Shown here piece by piece: positions 38,373-48,309 of a DNA stretch of 58,670 bases. The notes beneath the pieces are model-generated. The model did no database searches, was not told the DNA's origin, and saw nothing but the letters and a program-made list of their open reading frames with translations. The position numbers were made by a program, and so were the translations under genes. Origin of the DNA: an uncultured Chloroflexia bacterium. GTDB taxonomy: Bacteria > Chloroflexota > Limnocylindria > Limnocylindrales > CSP1-4. Positions within the stretch are counted from its first letter, which is position 1. Each line of letters opens with the position of its first letter. Location of the stretch: positions 1 to 58,670 of the forward strand of contig CAVVCZ010000012.1 in assembly GCA_963746845.1 (NCBI GenBank). Reading direction: 5' to 3'.

Positions 38373-39632
38373 CTAGAAGAACGACGAGCACCACGGCGCA
38401 TCGAGCGTCGCGAGCAGCGCGTCGGCCGTCGCCAGCGCGCCCGGGCGATGCTCGTCGAACCCGGCGCGGATGGCCGCTCGCGAGAGCCGCGTGCCGCCGA
38501 GGAACGCGGCCCCCAGCGCCGCGGACTGGATGGTCAGGTCCGGCGAGCGGTCCGTGAGCGTCGCACGTGCGCCGTCCGGCGACGCGTCCAGGGCGACGCG
38601 GACCTGTCGCTCGACCCGCGACCCCTCCGCGTCGACGCCGTCGCCGTCCACCACTTCGAGCACCACCGAGCCCGACCGCTCGTACCGCCGCGTCTCGAGC
38701 GCCGCGGGGATGTCCAGCAGCTTCACCCACAGCCCGTCGCCGACATCCTCCGGGCTCGCCGCCCGGAGGTTCATCAGGAGCCAGGGCAGGCGATCGTGGA
38801 GCGACCGCCGCTCCGCGCGGATGGACCCGACCCAGTCGATGCTCGCGACGAACCGCCACAGCGCGGCTTCGACAGCCTCGGTCAGGCCGTGGAGGTCATC
38901 GACGAACAGCTCTGCGTTCGGCTGGCGATCCTCCCACTTCTCCTTGCCGTGGTAGCGGACGTAGCCGTCGACAGTCCCGGCGTCGTCGCGATGAAGCGCG
39001 ACGAACCCCTTCCACGTGTTGTTCCAGACGTCCTCCGAGAGCCCGAAGTCGTCCTGCCAGGTGATCGGTCGCCGCCAGATCTCGCCGGGCTGACGGACCC
39101 GCCACGCGTCATAGACGTCCCGGCAGATCTCGAGGGTCGCCTGGTCGGTCGGGCCCAGCTCGACGCGACCGGCGTCGTCGGCCGGGGGAGCGACGAACCC
39201 GGTCTGCCGGACCCGCACCGTCCACGCCGCCGAGGTCGTCGCCGCCCCGTATCCGAACCGCCCGTAGATCGGGTACTCCGACGCGAAGAGCATCGACACG
39301 ACCTCGCCGCGCTCGCGGGCCGCCGCATGCTCCGCGGCGGCCATCCGGCCGAGGATCCCCTGGCGGCGATGCGTCGGCAGGACCGTGACGGCGCTGATCG
39401 CCGCCGCCGGGACCTCGACGCAGCCCGGAGCCGTGAGCCGGCCGGCCCAGCTCCGGAACGATCCGACCAGCAGAGTGCCATCGAACGCCGCCCACGTCCG
39501 GGACAGGTCCCAGTGCTTCTGGACCTCGTCGGCGATGCGCTGGACGTTCGGGCGCTCGAGGAAGCCGGTGCTGATCGTGTTGATGTACGCGACGAGCTCC
39601 TCGGCGCGGACCGGGCGAACGTCAGGCGGCAT
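38373..39632 (-). CDS. Eis-like GNAT acetyltransferase with an SCP2-like C-terminus
   Basis: VTVLPTHRRQGIL, LFASEYPIYGRFGYG, LWVKLLDIPAALETRRY, terminal PWCSSFF. Confidence 0.9.
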   Translation of the reverse strand: MPPDVRPVRAEELVAYINTISTGFLERPNVQRIADEVQKHWDLSRTWAAFDGTLLVGSFRSWAGRLTAPGCVEVPAAAISAVTVLPTHRRQGILGRMAAAEHAAARERGEVVSMLFASEYPIYGRFGYGAATTSAAWTVRVRQTGFVAPPADDAGRVELGPTDQATLEICRDVYDAWRVRQPGEIWRRPITWQDDFGLSEDVWNNTWKGFVALHRDDAGTVDGYVRYHGKEKWEDRQPNAELFVDDLHGLTEAVEAALWRFVASIDWVGSIRAERRSLHDRLPWLLMNLRAASPEDVGDGLWVKLLDIPAALETRRYERSGSVVLEVVDGDGVDAEGSRVERQVRVALDASPDGARATLTDRSPDLTIQSAALGAAFLGGTRLSRAAIRAGFDEHRPGALATADALLATLDAPWCSSFF

Positions 39633-39696
39633 CGGCGCGGACAATAGCAGAGGCGGGAGGGCCATCCGGGGGGCCGATCAGCTCCAGGAGGCTGTC

Positions 39697-40161
39697 GTGG
39701 CGACGTCCGAGCCGGTGCACGTCTACCAACATCCCGTCAACCAGGCCCTCGAGGAGAATCCCCCGGTCGGCGAGCGCGTCGCCGACGGAGTGACCGGCTT
39801 CCTCGGCAGCTGGCGGTTCATCGTCATCCAGACGTGCATCGTGGCGCTCTGGCTGCTCCTGAACATCGTGCTGCTGACCCAGCCGTTCGATCCATACCCG
39901 TTCATCCTCCTGAACCTCGCGTTCTCCACCCAGGCCGCGTACGCCGCACCCCTGATCCTGCTCGCGGGAAACCGCGCCGCACTGCGGGACCGGATGACGC
40001 TCGAGCACGCCGCCTCGGAAGCGGACATCGAGGACGACCAGAACGAGCGGCTCCTCGACGGCAACACGGAGATCCTCAAGCGGGTCGAGGGGCTGGAGAA
40101 GCAGATCCTGGACCTCGAGACCTCGATCCTCGCGGCGATGAAGCGCGCGAACGCGCAGTAG
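39697..40161 (+). CDS. DUF1003 membrane protein
   Basis: GERVAD..GSWRFI, FDPYPFILLNLAFSTQAAYAAPLIL; SD AGGAGG. Confidence 0.9.
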   Translation: MATSEPVHVYQHPVNQALEENPPVGERVADGVTGFLGSWRFIVIQTCIVALWLLLNIVLLTQPFDPYPFILLNLAFSTQAAYAAPLILLAGNRAALRDRMTLEHAASEADIEDDQNERLLDGNTEILKRVEGLEKQILDLETSILAAMKRANAQ

Positions 40162-40171
40162 GTAGCGGCGG

Positions 40172-40582
40172 TCAGCCGCCGACCGCATCCTCCACGGTTG
40201 ACGGCGCGTCGTCCGCGCTGGGCAGCAGGCTCGCGAGGTCATCGTCCGCGTCGTAGCGGATGATGTCGGTCGGCTGCCGGGTGACCTTGCGCCAGGTCCG
40301 GTCGGCGGTGTCACGGACGCGGCTCGAGGCGCCGGAGGAGGTCATCAGCCACAGGGCGGCGCCGATCGCGCTGATCACCGCGATGAACGCGATGATCGGC
40401 ACGAACGGGAACCCGCCGCTCCGACGCTCGCCGCCGACCCTCGGCAGCTCGATCGACTCGGCCCAGTCGCCGACGGCCTTGACGCGCTCCTCGACGAGCT
40501 TCGGCAGCTCGACCTTGGTGAGGTCCACCTTCGGCAGCTCGACCCTGGTGAGGTCCACCTCGGGCAGGGTGATGGTGGGCAT
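40172..40582 (-). CDS. Single-TM protein with N-terminal LPxVDL/VEL repeats
   Basis: LPEVDLTRVELPKVDLTKVELPKL encoded by near-perfect 30-bp direct repeats (40500-40568); SD GAGGAG. Confidence 0.75.
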   Translation of the reverse strand: MPTITLPEVDLTRVELPKVDLTKVELPKLVEERVKAVGDWAESIELPRVGGERRSGGFPFVPIIAFIAVISAIGAALWLMTSSGASSRVRDTADRTWRKVTRQPTDIIRYDADDDLASLLPSADDAPSTVEDAVGG

Positions 40583-40709
40583 GGTGCTCTCCTCATGACG
40601 GGTTCCAGGATGCCGCCCCCATGATGACGCGCCGACGCGGCCCGCCCCAAGCCGGGTTGCAGGTGCATTCCAGCGAGAGCGAGCACGCGCCGCCCGATAG
40701 GATTCCCGG

Positions 40710-41234
40710 ATGGCCGTCCGTCAGAGCGCCGGGATCCTCCTCTTCCGTCGGACGGGCGCGGCCGGCGAGGACGCTGTCGAGGTCCTGCTCGCCCATCCCG
40801 GCGGCCCGTTCTTCGCGCGCCGTGACGAGGGCCACTGGTCGCTCCCGAAGGGCGAGCCGGACGACGGCGAGGACGACCTCTTCGCGGTGGCTCGGCGCGA
40901 GTTCGCCGAGGAGGTCGGGTCCGAGCCGCCGGTCGCGGGGCCGGGCGGTGAGCCGCCGATCCCCCTAGGGACGATCGTCCAGAAGGGCGGCAAGATCGTC
41001 CACGCGTGGGCGGTCGAAGGCGACCTGGACGCCGACGCGGCGGTCTCGAACACGTTCGAGATGGCCTGGCCGCCGGGCAGCGGCACCATCGGGGTCTTCC
41101 CGGAGATCGACCGGGTCGAGTGGTTCCCGCCGGCCGAGGCGCGCCGTCGGCTGAAGCCGACCCAGATCCCGTTCGTCGATCGATTGCTCGAAGCCGTTCA
41201 GGCCGTTCCGGTCGTCATACCTGACGTGGGCTGA
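40710..41234 (+). CDS. NUDIX hydrolase
   Basis: LLAHPGGPF, WSLPKGE...ARREFAEEVG, FPEIDR. Confidence 0.9.
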   Translation: MAVRQSAGILLFRRTGAAGEDAVEVLLAHPGGPFFARRDEGHWSLPKGEPDDGEDDLFAVARREFAEEVGSEPPVAGPGGEPPIPLGTIVQKGGKIVHAWAVEGDLDADAAVSNTFEMAWPPGSGTIGVFPEIDRVEWFPPAEARRRLKPTQIPFVDRLLEAVQAVPVVIPDVG

Positions 41235-41260
41235 CGGATTCGTCCCCGATCATCGGCCGC

Positions 41261-42628
41261 ATGGCGATCGCGACCGACCCTTCCACCATGACCCGCGCCA
41301 GCGCGCCCGTGCCCGCCGGCCCCGACCCGACGGCGCCAGCCGGCCCGATCACGATCACCCGGGAGGTCGCCCGCCGGTACCTGGCGATCCACCACCTCCT
41401 GACGCCGCCGCGATCGCTGACACCCGGTCCGGAGGGGATCCTCGCCGTCTTCGATCGGCTCGGGTCGATCCAGTTCGACCCGATCGAGATCGCCGGACGG
41501 AACCACGACCTCGTGCTCCTGGCCCGCGTCCCGGGCTATCGGCGAGAGATGACGGACCGGCTGCTGTACGAGGATCGCGTGTTGTACGAGGCCTACAACA
41601 AGGGCCTGTCCATCGTCCCGACGGCCGAGCTGCCGTGGTATCGCGTGACCTGGGACCGGGAGCGGGCGCAGCACGATGCCGAAACCTTCGTGCAGCACGC
41701 CGATCTCGTCGATGAGCTGCTGACCCGCATCCGCGAGGCCGGTCCGATGTCGTCGATCGACGTCGAGCCCCGCGCCGCGATCGACTGGTACTGGCGCCCG
41801 ACGAACCAGGTCCGGGCGATCCTCGAGGCCCTCGCCGAGTCAGGGATCCTTGGCCTGGCCCGGCGCGACGGCAACCGGCGCGTCTACGACCTCGTCGAGC
41901 GGCTCTTCCCGCCCGACCTCCTCGGACAGGTCGTCCCGATCCGCGAGCGGTTCCGCCACAAGCTCCTGTCGCGGTACCGCGCCCACGGCCTGCTCGGGGG
42001 GACCGGCAACATCGAGATCTGGCTCGGCACGATGCCCCAGGCCGCGGTCGGGATGGAGGACGGCCTGCCGCTGAAGACGGCCGCTCGGCGGGTGCTCCAC
42101 GACGAGCTGATCGCGGACGGGACGCTGCTGCCTGTCACGATCGAGGGGATCCGCGGGCCGCGGTTCGTGCCCGCCGAGGAGCTCGGCCGGCTCGCCCAGG
42201 CCGAGGCGGAGATCGCGACGGGCTCAGGACCCGGCGGCGCCTCGCCCGGCGTCGCGTTCCTCGCCGCCCTCGACCCGCTCGTCTGGGACCGCGACTTCCT
42301 GCGGACCCTGTACGACTTCGACTACCTCTGGGAGGTATACGTCCCGGCCCCGAAGCGGCGCTGGGGCTACTACGTCCTGCCGATCCTCTTCGGCGACCGG
42401 CTCGTCGGCCGGATCGAGCCACGGATCGAGCGCAGGACGGACACGCTGCGGATCGCCGGGCTCTGGTGGGAGGACGGCTTCGACGCGCTCGCCGAGGCGG
42501 GCTTCGTCGATGCCTTCTCGGAGGCGATCGAGGCCCATCGGGCGTTCGGTGGTGTCCGGAAGCTCGGCTGGCCCCGTGCCGCCAGGCACCGCGAGCTCGG
42601 CCGCCTCGTTCGGGATCGCCTCGCCTAA
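41261..42628 (+). CDS. YcaQ/AlkZ-like (HTH_42) DNA crosslink-repair glycosylase
   Basis: GSIQFDPI (QxD), RVYDLVER, DPLVWDR, YLWEVYVPAPKRRWGYYVLPILFGDRLVGRIE. Confidence 0.88.
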   Translation: MAIATDPSTMTRASAPVPAGPDPTAPAGPITITREVARRYLAIHHLLTPPRSLTPGPEGILAVFDRLGSIQFDPIEIAGRNHDLVLLARVPGYRREMTDRLLYEDRVLYEAYNKGLSIVPTAELPWYRVTWDRERAQHDAETFVQHADLVDELLTRIREAGPMSSIDVEPRAAIDWYWRPTNQVRAILEALAESGILGLARRDGNRRVYDLVERLFPPDLLGQVVPIRERFRHKLLSRYRAHGLLGGTGNIEIWLGTMPQAAVGMEDGLPLKTAARRVLHDELIADGTLLPVTIEGIRGPRFVPAEELGRLAQAEAEIATGSGPGGASPGVAFLAALDPLVWDRDFLRTLYDFDYLWEVYVPAPKRRWGYYVLPILFGDRLVGRIEPRIERRTDTLRIAGLWWEDGFDALAEAGFVDAFSEAIEAHRAFGGVRKLGWPRAARHRELGRLVRDRLA

Positions 42629-43464
42629 CGGAGGTCGACGACCCTCGTCACCCAGGCGCCGCGGTTGCCCTTCTTGTCGACGCCGGAGATCCGGAACTCG
42701 GTCCGATGACCGCGGGCCACAAGGAACGACGCCGCCTTGAGCGTCGTGCTCGACCAGACCGTCTTCCACGGGCCGCCGTCGACGCGCCGTTGGACAGTGA
42801 ACGAGCGGAACCCGGCGGTGAGCACCTGGAGCGGGACGTCGCTGCCGGTCCACGTGATCCGGGCGCGCTGGTTCAGGGAGGTCGTGCCGGCGGTCAGCTT
42901 CGCGCCCCCGATCGAGGCACGGGCGCCGGTCCGGTCCGGACCCTTGATGAAGACCGCGGTCCACAGGTTCCGGCCGGTGTCCGGGTCGAACGCGAGCCCC
43001 ACCCCGACGTAGTTCAGGTCCTTCGAGACGATGATCGCGTGGTGCCCCGGCGAGTTCATCCACTGCGAGTTCGCCGTCGCGGTGGTGGTGGCGATCGCAT
43101 CCGTGTTCCACGCGATGATCTCGCCGGCGTTGTACCAGGTGATCTTCTGGGCGCTCAGGATGTCGAACACGTTGTCCCCGTCCGGCTGGGTGTGGCTGAA
43201 GTAGCCCTTCTCGACCATGTCGACCGAGCGCGCGTGCGCGATCGCCATCAGGCGCGGGTCCGTCCGAACGGGCACGAGCCCCGCGTTCGTCCGGTCCTTG
43301 TTGAGGGCCGTGACCATCGCGGACTCGTTGGCCGTGATGGCGCTCGGGTCCGGTGCGGTGCCCGCGGCGGCCGTCGCCGGGCCGAGGAGGGCGCTGACGA
43401 CGAGGCCGGCAAGGACGAACCCCGCGAGGCGACGTGAGCCGGGCGCGGTGGGGGACAGGGCCAT
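42625..43464 (-). CDS. Secreted CAP (SCP) domain protein with an FN3-like C-terminus
   Basis: Signal peptide; RSVDMVEKGYFSH, GEIIA, WMNSPGHHAII, VGVG; FRISGVDKKGNRGAW. Confidence 0.88.
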   Translation of the reverse strand: MALSPTAPGSRRLAGFVLAGLVVSALLGPATAAAGTAPDPSAITANESAMVTALNKDRTNAGLVPVRTDPRLMAIAHARSVDMVEKGYFSHTQPDGDNVFDILSAQKITWYNAGEIIAWNTDAIATTTATANSQWMNSPGHHAIIVSKDLNYVGVGLAFDPDTGRNLWTAVFIKGPDRTGARASIGGAKLTAGTTSLNQRARITWTGSDVPLQVLTAGFRSFTVQRRVDGGPWKTVWSSTTLKAASFLVARGHRTEFRISGVDKKGNRGAWVTRVVDLR

Positions 43465-43685
43465 TGGGCAACGATCGCCGAGGCGGCTCGCGACGGGAAT
43501 GGGTCACGCGTCCCGATCCGCTCCGCCCCTTGGTCATCCGGCTGGTTGCCGGGTAGCAAGCGAAGCGTCGTCACCGCGCCGGCCCGGACCGTCGGCGACC
43601 TCACCGGACCGGTCGCCCGGGCTGTGGGACCATCGTCCCGTTCATCGACGACCGTCGATCCCACGCCCGACGGAGGAGCCCGCCC

Positions 43686-44129
43686 ATGGCCACCACGCGA
43701 ACCGCCACCGCCACCTGGACCGGCGACCTGTTGACGGGTCGCGGGACGGTGACGGCGGCAACGACCGGGATCTTCCGCGACCAGCCGACGACCTGGGCAT
43801 CCCGCACGGAGGAGCCCGCCGGCGTGACCTCACCGGAGGAGCTGCTGGCCGCGGCCCACGCCTCGTGCTTCTCGATGGCCTGCTCGAACAACCTCGCCAA
43901 GGCGGGGACACCGGTCGAGCGGCTCGACGTCGAGGTGAACGTGACCGCGGACCGGCGCGATGCGGGCTGGACGGTCATCTCGGCCGCGATCGTCGTGCGC
44001 GGGGTCGTGCCGGGCGCCACGCAGGCGTCGTTCGCCGAGGCGGCCAATGGCGCCAAGGACGGCTGCCCGATCTCGCGCGCGCTCGCGGGCAACGTCGACA
44101 TCACCGTCGAGGCGATCCTCGAGGGCTAG
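43686..44129 (+). CDS. osmC: OsmC-family peroxiredoxin
   Basis: TSPEELLAAAHASCFSMA, AKDGCPISRAL. Confidence 0.9.
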   Translation: MATTRTATATWTGDLLTGRGTVTAATTGIFRDQPTTWASRTEEPAGVTSPEELLAAAHASCFSMACSNNLAKAGTPVERLDVEVNVTADRRDAGWTVISAAIVVRGVVPGATQASFAEAANGAKDGCPISRALAGNVDITVEAILEG

Positions 44130-45064
44130 GCGATCGTCAGGAGCCGGCGGGGATTGTCGACCGTCATCGTCCGGATCTCGTCCTCGGAGACGCCGGCGGC
44201 GCGGAGACGGGGCAGGAACGTCTCGGCGAGATACGTGTAGCCGTTGCCGCCGTACCGGCGGAGCTGGCTGTCGTGACAGACGTCCTGGGACAGCAGGACC
44301 CGGGAGGCGTGGCCGCGGGCGAGGAGCTCGCGCAGGTTGTCCACGATCCGGCCCTCGCCGTGGCGCTCGAGCGGCGTGAACGCCATCCCGAGGAAGTCGA
44401 ACTCGAGCGCCGCGCCGCGCTCGACGATCGCGAGGTGGTAGTCGAGGGACGGGTGCGAGTCGGCATGGCCGATGACGACCCGGGTGAGGTCGGCGCCCTC
44501 GGCCTCGAAGACGTCGAGCTGGTCGAGGCCGACGGTCGACTGGACCGCGTGGGTCGTGATCGCGAGGCCGGTTCGCCGGGCCGCCCGCGCCGCCGCCCGA
44601 TGGACCCGCTCCTCCTGGGCACTGAGCCACGGCTTGTCGGTCCCGATCTCGCCGATGATCCCGGCACGGATCCCGCTCTCCCCCACCCCGTTCGTCGCGT
44701 CGCGGACGATGACGTCGGCCAGCGCGTCAACGGATCGCCGGTCGATCAGTGCCTCCGCCGGGTAGTGGGCACCGCGGTACCAGCCGCTGCCCATCACGAC
44801 GTGCAGCCCGGTAGCCCGCGACAGACCGGCGAGCCATTCGGGGTCGCGACCCACGCCGTCGAGCGTCAGGTCGACGACCGTGCCGCCACCAGCCGCGCGG
44901 AACGCCGCGAGCTCCTCGACGATGACCGGCTCGTCGCGGCGGAGCTCCCAGTAGTCCCAGCGGTTCTGGATGTGCCAGAGCGCGATCGCCGTGTGCTCGT
45001 GGGGCAGGACCCAGCCAAGCTCCGACGGGTCGACAGGCCCGAGGACCGTCTGGACGACGGTCAC
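44126..45064 (-). CDS. Phosphotriesterase/PHP-family amidohydrolase
   Basis: VQTVLGP, HEH, GRDP, IIGEIG, TTH, IGHAD, LSQD; GTGA overlap with the TetR stop. Confidence 0.9.
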   Translation of the reverse strand: MTVVQTVLGPVDPSELGWVLPHEHTAIALWHIQNRWDYWELRRDEPVIVEELAAFRAAGGGTVVDLTLDGVGRDPEWLAGLSRATGLHVVMGSGWYRGAHYPAEALIDRRSVDALADVIVRDATNGVGESGIRAGIIGEIGTDKPWLSAQEERVHRAAARAARRTGLAITTHAVQSTVGLDQLDVFEAEGADLTRVVIGHADSHPSLDYHLAIVERGAALEFDFLGMAFTPLERHGEGRIVDNLRELLARGHASRVLLSQDVCHDSQLRRYGGNGYTYLAETFLPRLRAAGVSEDEIRTMTVDNPRRLLTIA

Positions 45065-45750
45065 GAGGCCTGCCGTGCGCGGACCGATTCGTAGGGCATC
45101 GCCGGCGCGGCGCGGATCGGCTCCGGCACCTCCGCCACCCGGGCGGCGAGGATCGTCTCGACCAGGGCGAGGATCCGCCGCTCGTGGTCCGACCGCCGGT
45201 ACGCGCTGCCTTCCTCGGCCGCCTGGATCAGCATCCCGTCGAGGAGCGCGGCGAAGACCTCGGCGATCGACGGAACGTCCAGCCAGCCCGGGAGCTCGCC
45301 GCGCACCACACCTTCCTGGAGCAGGAGCATCGTCGCGGTCACCGTCTCCCGGCGCCGCCGCACGAGCATCTCCCGGATCGCCGGGTCCGTCTCGACCTCG
45401 GCCCAGGCCTGCAGCAGGAGGAAGCCCGATCCGGCGCCGGACTGCTCGACGGCGAGGTTGTCGAACCAGTAGCCGACGGCCGCGGCGAGCCGATCGCGGT
45501 AGCCCGTCACGGTCGCCAGCCGGTCGCCGAGCTGGGCCAGCTCCTGGTCCGTGATGAGGTCGCAGCCGGCGAGGATCAGCTCGGACTTGCTCCGGAAGTA
45601 GGTGTAGATCGCCCCGACCGACAGGCCGGACGCCCGGACGATGTCCTGCATCGTCGCGCGGTGGAAGCCGTGCTCCGCGAAGACCTGGAGGGCGGCTCGG
45701 ACGATCCGGTCCCGGACCGCCTGCTCGTGTTCCTGACTGACCCTGGGCAT
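45061..45750 (-). CDS. TetR/AcrR-family regulator
   Basis: MPRVS...RIVRAALQVFAEHGFHRATMQDIVRASGLSVGAIYTYFRSKSEL. Confidence 0.93.
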   Translation of the reverse strand: MPRVSQEHEQAVRDRIVRAALQVFAEHGFHRATMQDIVRASGLSVGAIYTYFRSKSELILAGCDLITDQELAQLGDRLATVTGYRDRLAAAVGYWFDNLAVEQSGAGSGFLLLQAWAEVETDPAIREMLVRRRRETVTATMLLLQEGVVRGELPGWLDVPSIAEVFAALLDGMLIQAAEEGSAYRRSDHERRILALVETILAARVAEVPEPIRAAPAMPYESVRARQAS

Positions 45751-45813
45751 CGACCCTCCTGGAGAACGCTTGCTCGCTCCAGAGTAGCCCCGGAGATCGA
45801 CGGATGACAAGCC

Positions 45814-45843
45814 TTGACAAAACGAATGCTCATTCTCTATTGT
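45814..45843 (+). promoter_or_regulatory. MMPL promoter TTGACA-N18-TATTGT with the palindrome GAATG-CT-CATTC (likely TetR operator)
   Basis: The palindrome at 45824-45835 sits between -35 and -10, in the gap between divergent tetR and mmpL. Confidence 0.7.
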
Positions 45844-45917
45844 GCCGAACAGCTCGAACCTCGACCCGTCCGGGACGCCAGGTCCCTCCTCCACCGCCAC
45901 CGAAAGGGCCGCCCGAC

Positions 45918-48299
45918 ATGGTCTTCTCCCGCTGGGGTGCGTTCGTCTACCGGTTCCGCAAGCCCATCGCGGTCATCGCCGTCCTCGTTGCCATCGGCTC
46001 GCTGGCCCTGGCATCGCAGACGTCGAGTGCCCTGTCAGCGGGTGGCTGGCTCGACCCGACGTCCGAGTCCGCGACCGTCAGCCAGCGGCTCGCCGACGAA
46101 TACGGCAGCGGCAAGGGCGCGATCATCGCCGTCTTCCGCGGGGTGCCCGGTGAGGACGCCCGGTCCGCTGCCTACGAGGCGAACGTCGAAACGGCCCTCA
46201 AGCGGCTGGCTGCCGACAGCCGGGTCTCGAGCGTCGTCGGCTGGACCCAGACGCACGACGACCGCTTCGTGAGCAACGACGGGACGTCGACCTACGTCGT
46301 CGTCAACCTCGCGATCACCGATGAGGCGGCCGTCGACGTCATGCCGGAGCTGCGCGCCCTGATCGACCATCCGGCCGGCACCACGATCCAGCTCACCGGG
46401 ATCGCGCCGGTGACCGAGGACCAGGCGCATCAGTCGGAGAAGGAGCTGGTCCAGGCCGAGACCGTGTCCTTCCCCTTCGCGGCGCTGATCCTGATCCTCG
46501 TCTTCTCGTCGATCGTCGCGGCGGGGATGCCGCTCGTCGTCGCCGCCCTCGCGATCCCGACGGCCCTCGCCGGCCTCTTCCTCGTCGCCCAGGTGACCGA
46601 GCTGTCGATCTACGTCCAGAACGTGGCGACGATGCTCGGGCTGGCGCTCGCGATCGACTACTCGCTGTTCATGGTCAGCCGATTCCGCGAGGAGCTGCGG
46701 CGCGGCCGGGACGTCGCGATGGCCGTCCAGGTCACCGTCGCGACGAGTGGCAAGGCCGTCACCTTCTCGGGGTTGGCCGTCGCGATCGGGCTGTCGGGTC
46801 TGCTCCTGTTCGAGCCGTCCGCCCTTCGATCGTTCGGGATCGGCGGCTCGCTCGTGGTGGCGTCGTCAGTGTTCTACGCCCTCACCTTCCTGCCGGCAGT
46901 CCTCGGGATCATGGGACACCGGGTGAACTCGCTCGGCGTCGCCGCGATCCGCGACCGCGTCCGGCGCGCGTTCGGTCGGCCGGTCGGCGCCGCAGCCGCA
47001 GCGGCGCGCGAGTCCCGCTGGGAGCGGATCGCCCACTGGGTGATGGCGCGCCCGGTCATGGTCCTCGTCCCGACCCTGGCGTTCCTCCTGATCCTCGGCA
47101 CGCCGTTCCTCCGCCTGTCCCAGGGCATCCCCGACGCGTCCGTCCTCCCGGCAGGCATCGAGAGCCGGGAGGCCTCCGTCGCCCTGGCCCGCGACTTCCG
47201 GCCCGGTGAGACGTCCCCGATCGTGATCCTCGCGACGGTGAGCGGCTCTCCCACCGATCCCGCCAATGTCCAGCGGATCCTCGACTATGCCAGGGCGGTC
47301 GACGGGGTCGACGGGGTCGATCGGGTGGAGGGCCCGTTCGCCGGGCTCAAGGACCCGACGACCGGGGCCGCGCTCGATGCGACGGGGATTGCGGCGCTCT
47401 TCGCGACGCCGCGGGATCAGCTGCCAGCGCAGCTCGCAGCCGGACTCGACCAGCTGGCGTCCACGTACATCCGGGGCTCGACCGTCCGCCTCGACGCGAT
47501 CAGCCCGCTCGCGCCCGTCAGCCCGGCGGGAACGGCGGTCATCCCGGCGATCCGCGCCGTCGCCGTGGACGGCGTCGCCGCCGAGGTCGGCGGCCTGGCC
47601 GCCCAGGGCAAGGACTTCATGGCGAGCCAGGCCGCAACGATCCCGTACGCGATCGCCCTCACGCTTGGCGCCAGCGCGGTGATCCTGTTCCTGCTGTTCG
47701 GCTCGGTGGTGATCCCGATCAAGGCCGTCGTGATGACCCTGCTGTCCATCACCGCGTCGTTCGGGGCGCTGGTGTTCATCTTCCAGGACGGCAACTTCGC
47801 CAATGTCCTTGGCTTCCAGACGCCCGGGTTCACGATCGCGGGCAACCCGATCATCATGTTCAGCGTGCTGTTCGGCCTGTCGATGGACTACGAGGTCCTG
47901 CTGCTCTCGCGGATGCAGGAGGCCTACCGACGGACCGGCGACAACACGGCCTCGGTCGCCGAGGGCCTCGCCAAGACGGCCGGTGTCATCACGGGCGCGG
48001 CGCTGATCATGGTTACGGTCTTCTCCGCCTTCGCGCTCGCCGAGTCGATCACGATCAAGAGCATCGGGGTCGGGATGGCGATCGCGGTCCTGATCGATGC
48101 CACGATCGTCCGTGTCCTGCTCGTCCCCGCGACGATGCGGCTCATGGGCAAGTGGAACTGGTGGGCTCCGGGTCCGCTCGGCCGGTTCGCCGACCGGCTC
48201 GGGTTCAGCCACGTCGAGGACGAGGCGGCCGAGGCACCTGCCGGTGCCGGATCGCCAACGGGCTCCGCCGGGCTCCCCGCGACACCGTCCGTCCCGTAG
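45918..48299 (+). CDS. MMPL-family RND transporter
   Basis: GLALAIDYSLFMVSRFREE, FGLSMDYEVLLLSRMQE, DATIVRVLLVPATM..GKWNWWAP. Confidence 0.95.
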   Translation: MVFSRWGAFVYRFRKPIAVIAVLVAIGSLALASQTSSALSAGGWLDPTSESATVSQRLADEYGSGKGAIIAVFRGVPGEDARSAAYEANVETALKRLAADSRVSSVVGWTQTHDDRFVSNDGTSTYVVVNLAITDEAAVDVMPELRALIDHPAGTTIQLTGIAPVTEDQAHQSEKELVQAETVSFPFAALILILVFSSIVAAGMPLVVAALAIPTALAGLFLVAQVTELSIYVQNVATMLGLALAIDYSLFMVSRFREELRRGRDVAMAVQVTVATSGKAVTFSGLAVAIGLSGLLLFEPSALRSFGIGGSLVVASSVFYALTFLPAVLGIMGHRVNSLGVAAIRDRVRRAFGRPVGAAAAAARESRWERIAHWVMARPVMVLVPTLAFLLILGTPFLRLSQGIPDASVLPAGIESREASVALARDFRPGETSPIVILATVSGSPTDPANVQRILDYARAVDGVDGVDRVEGPFAGLKDPTTGAALDATGIAALFATPRDQLPAQLAAGLDQLASTYIRGSTVRLDAISPLAPVSPAGTAVIPAIRAVAVDGVAAEVGGLAAQGKDFMASQAATIPYAIALTLGASAVILFLLFGSVVIPIKAVVMTLLSITASFGALVFIFQDGNFANVLGFQTPGFTIAGNPIIMFSVLFGLSMDYEVLLLSRMQEAYRRTGDNTASVAEGLAKTAGVITGAALIMVTVFSAFALAESITIKSIGVGMAIAVLIDATIVRVLLVPATMRLMGKWNWWAPGPLGRFADRLGFSHVEDEAAEAPAGAGSPTGSAGLPATPSVP

Positions 48300-48309
48300 A
48301 CTCGCCGGC

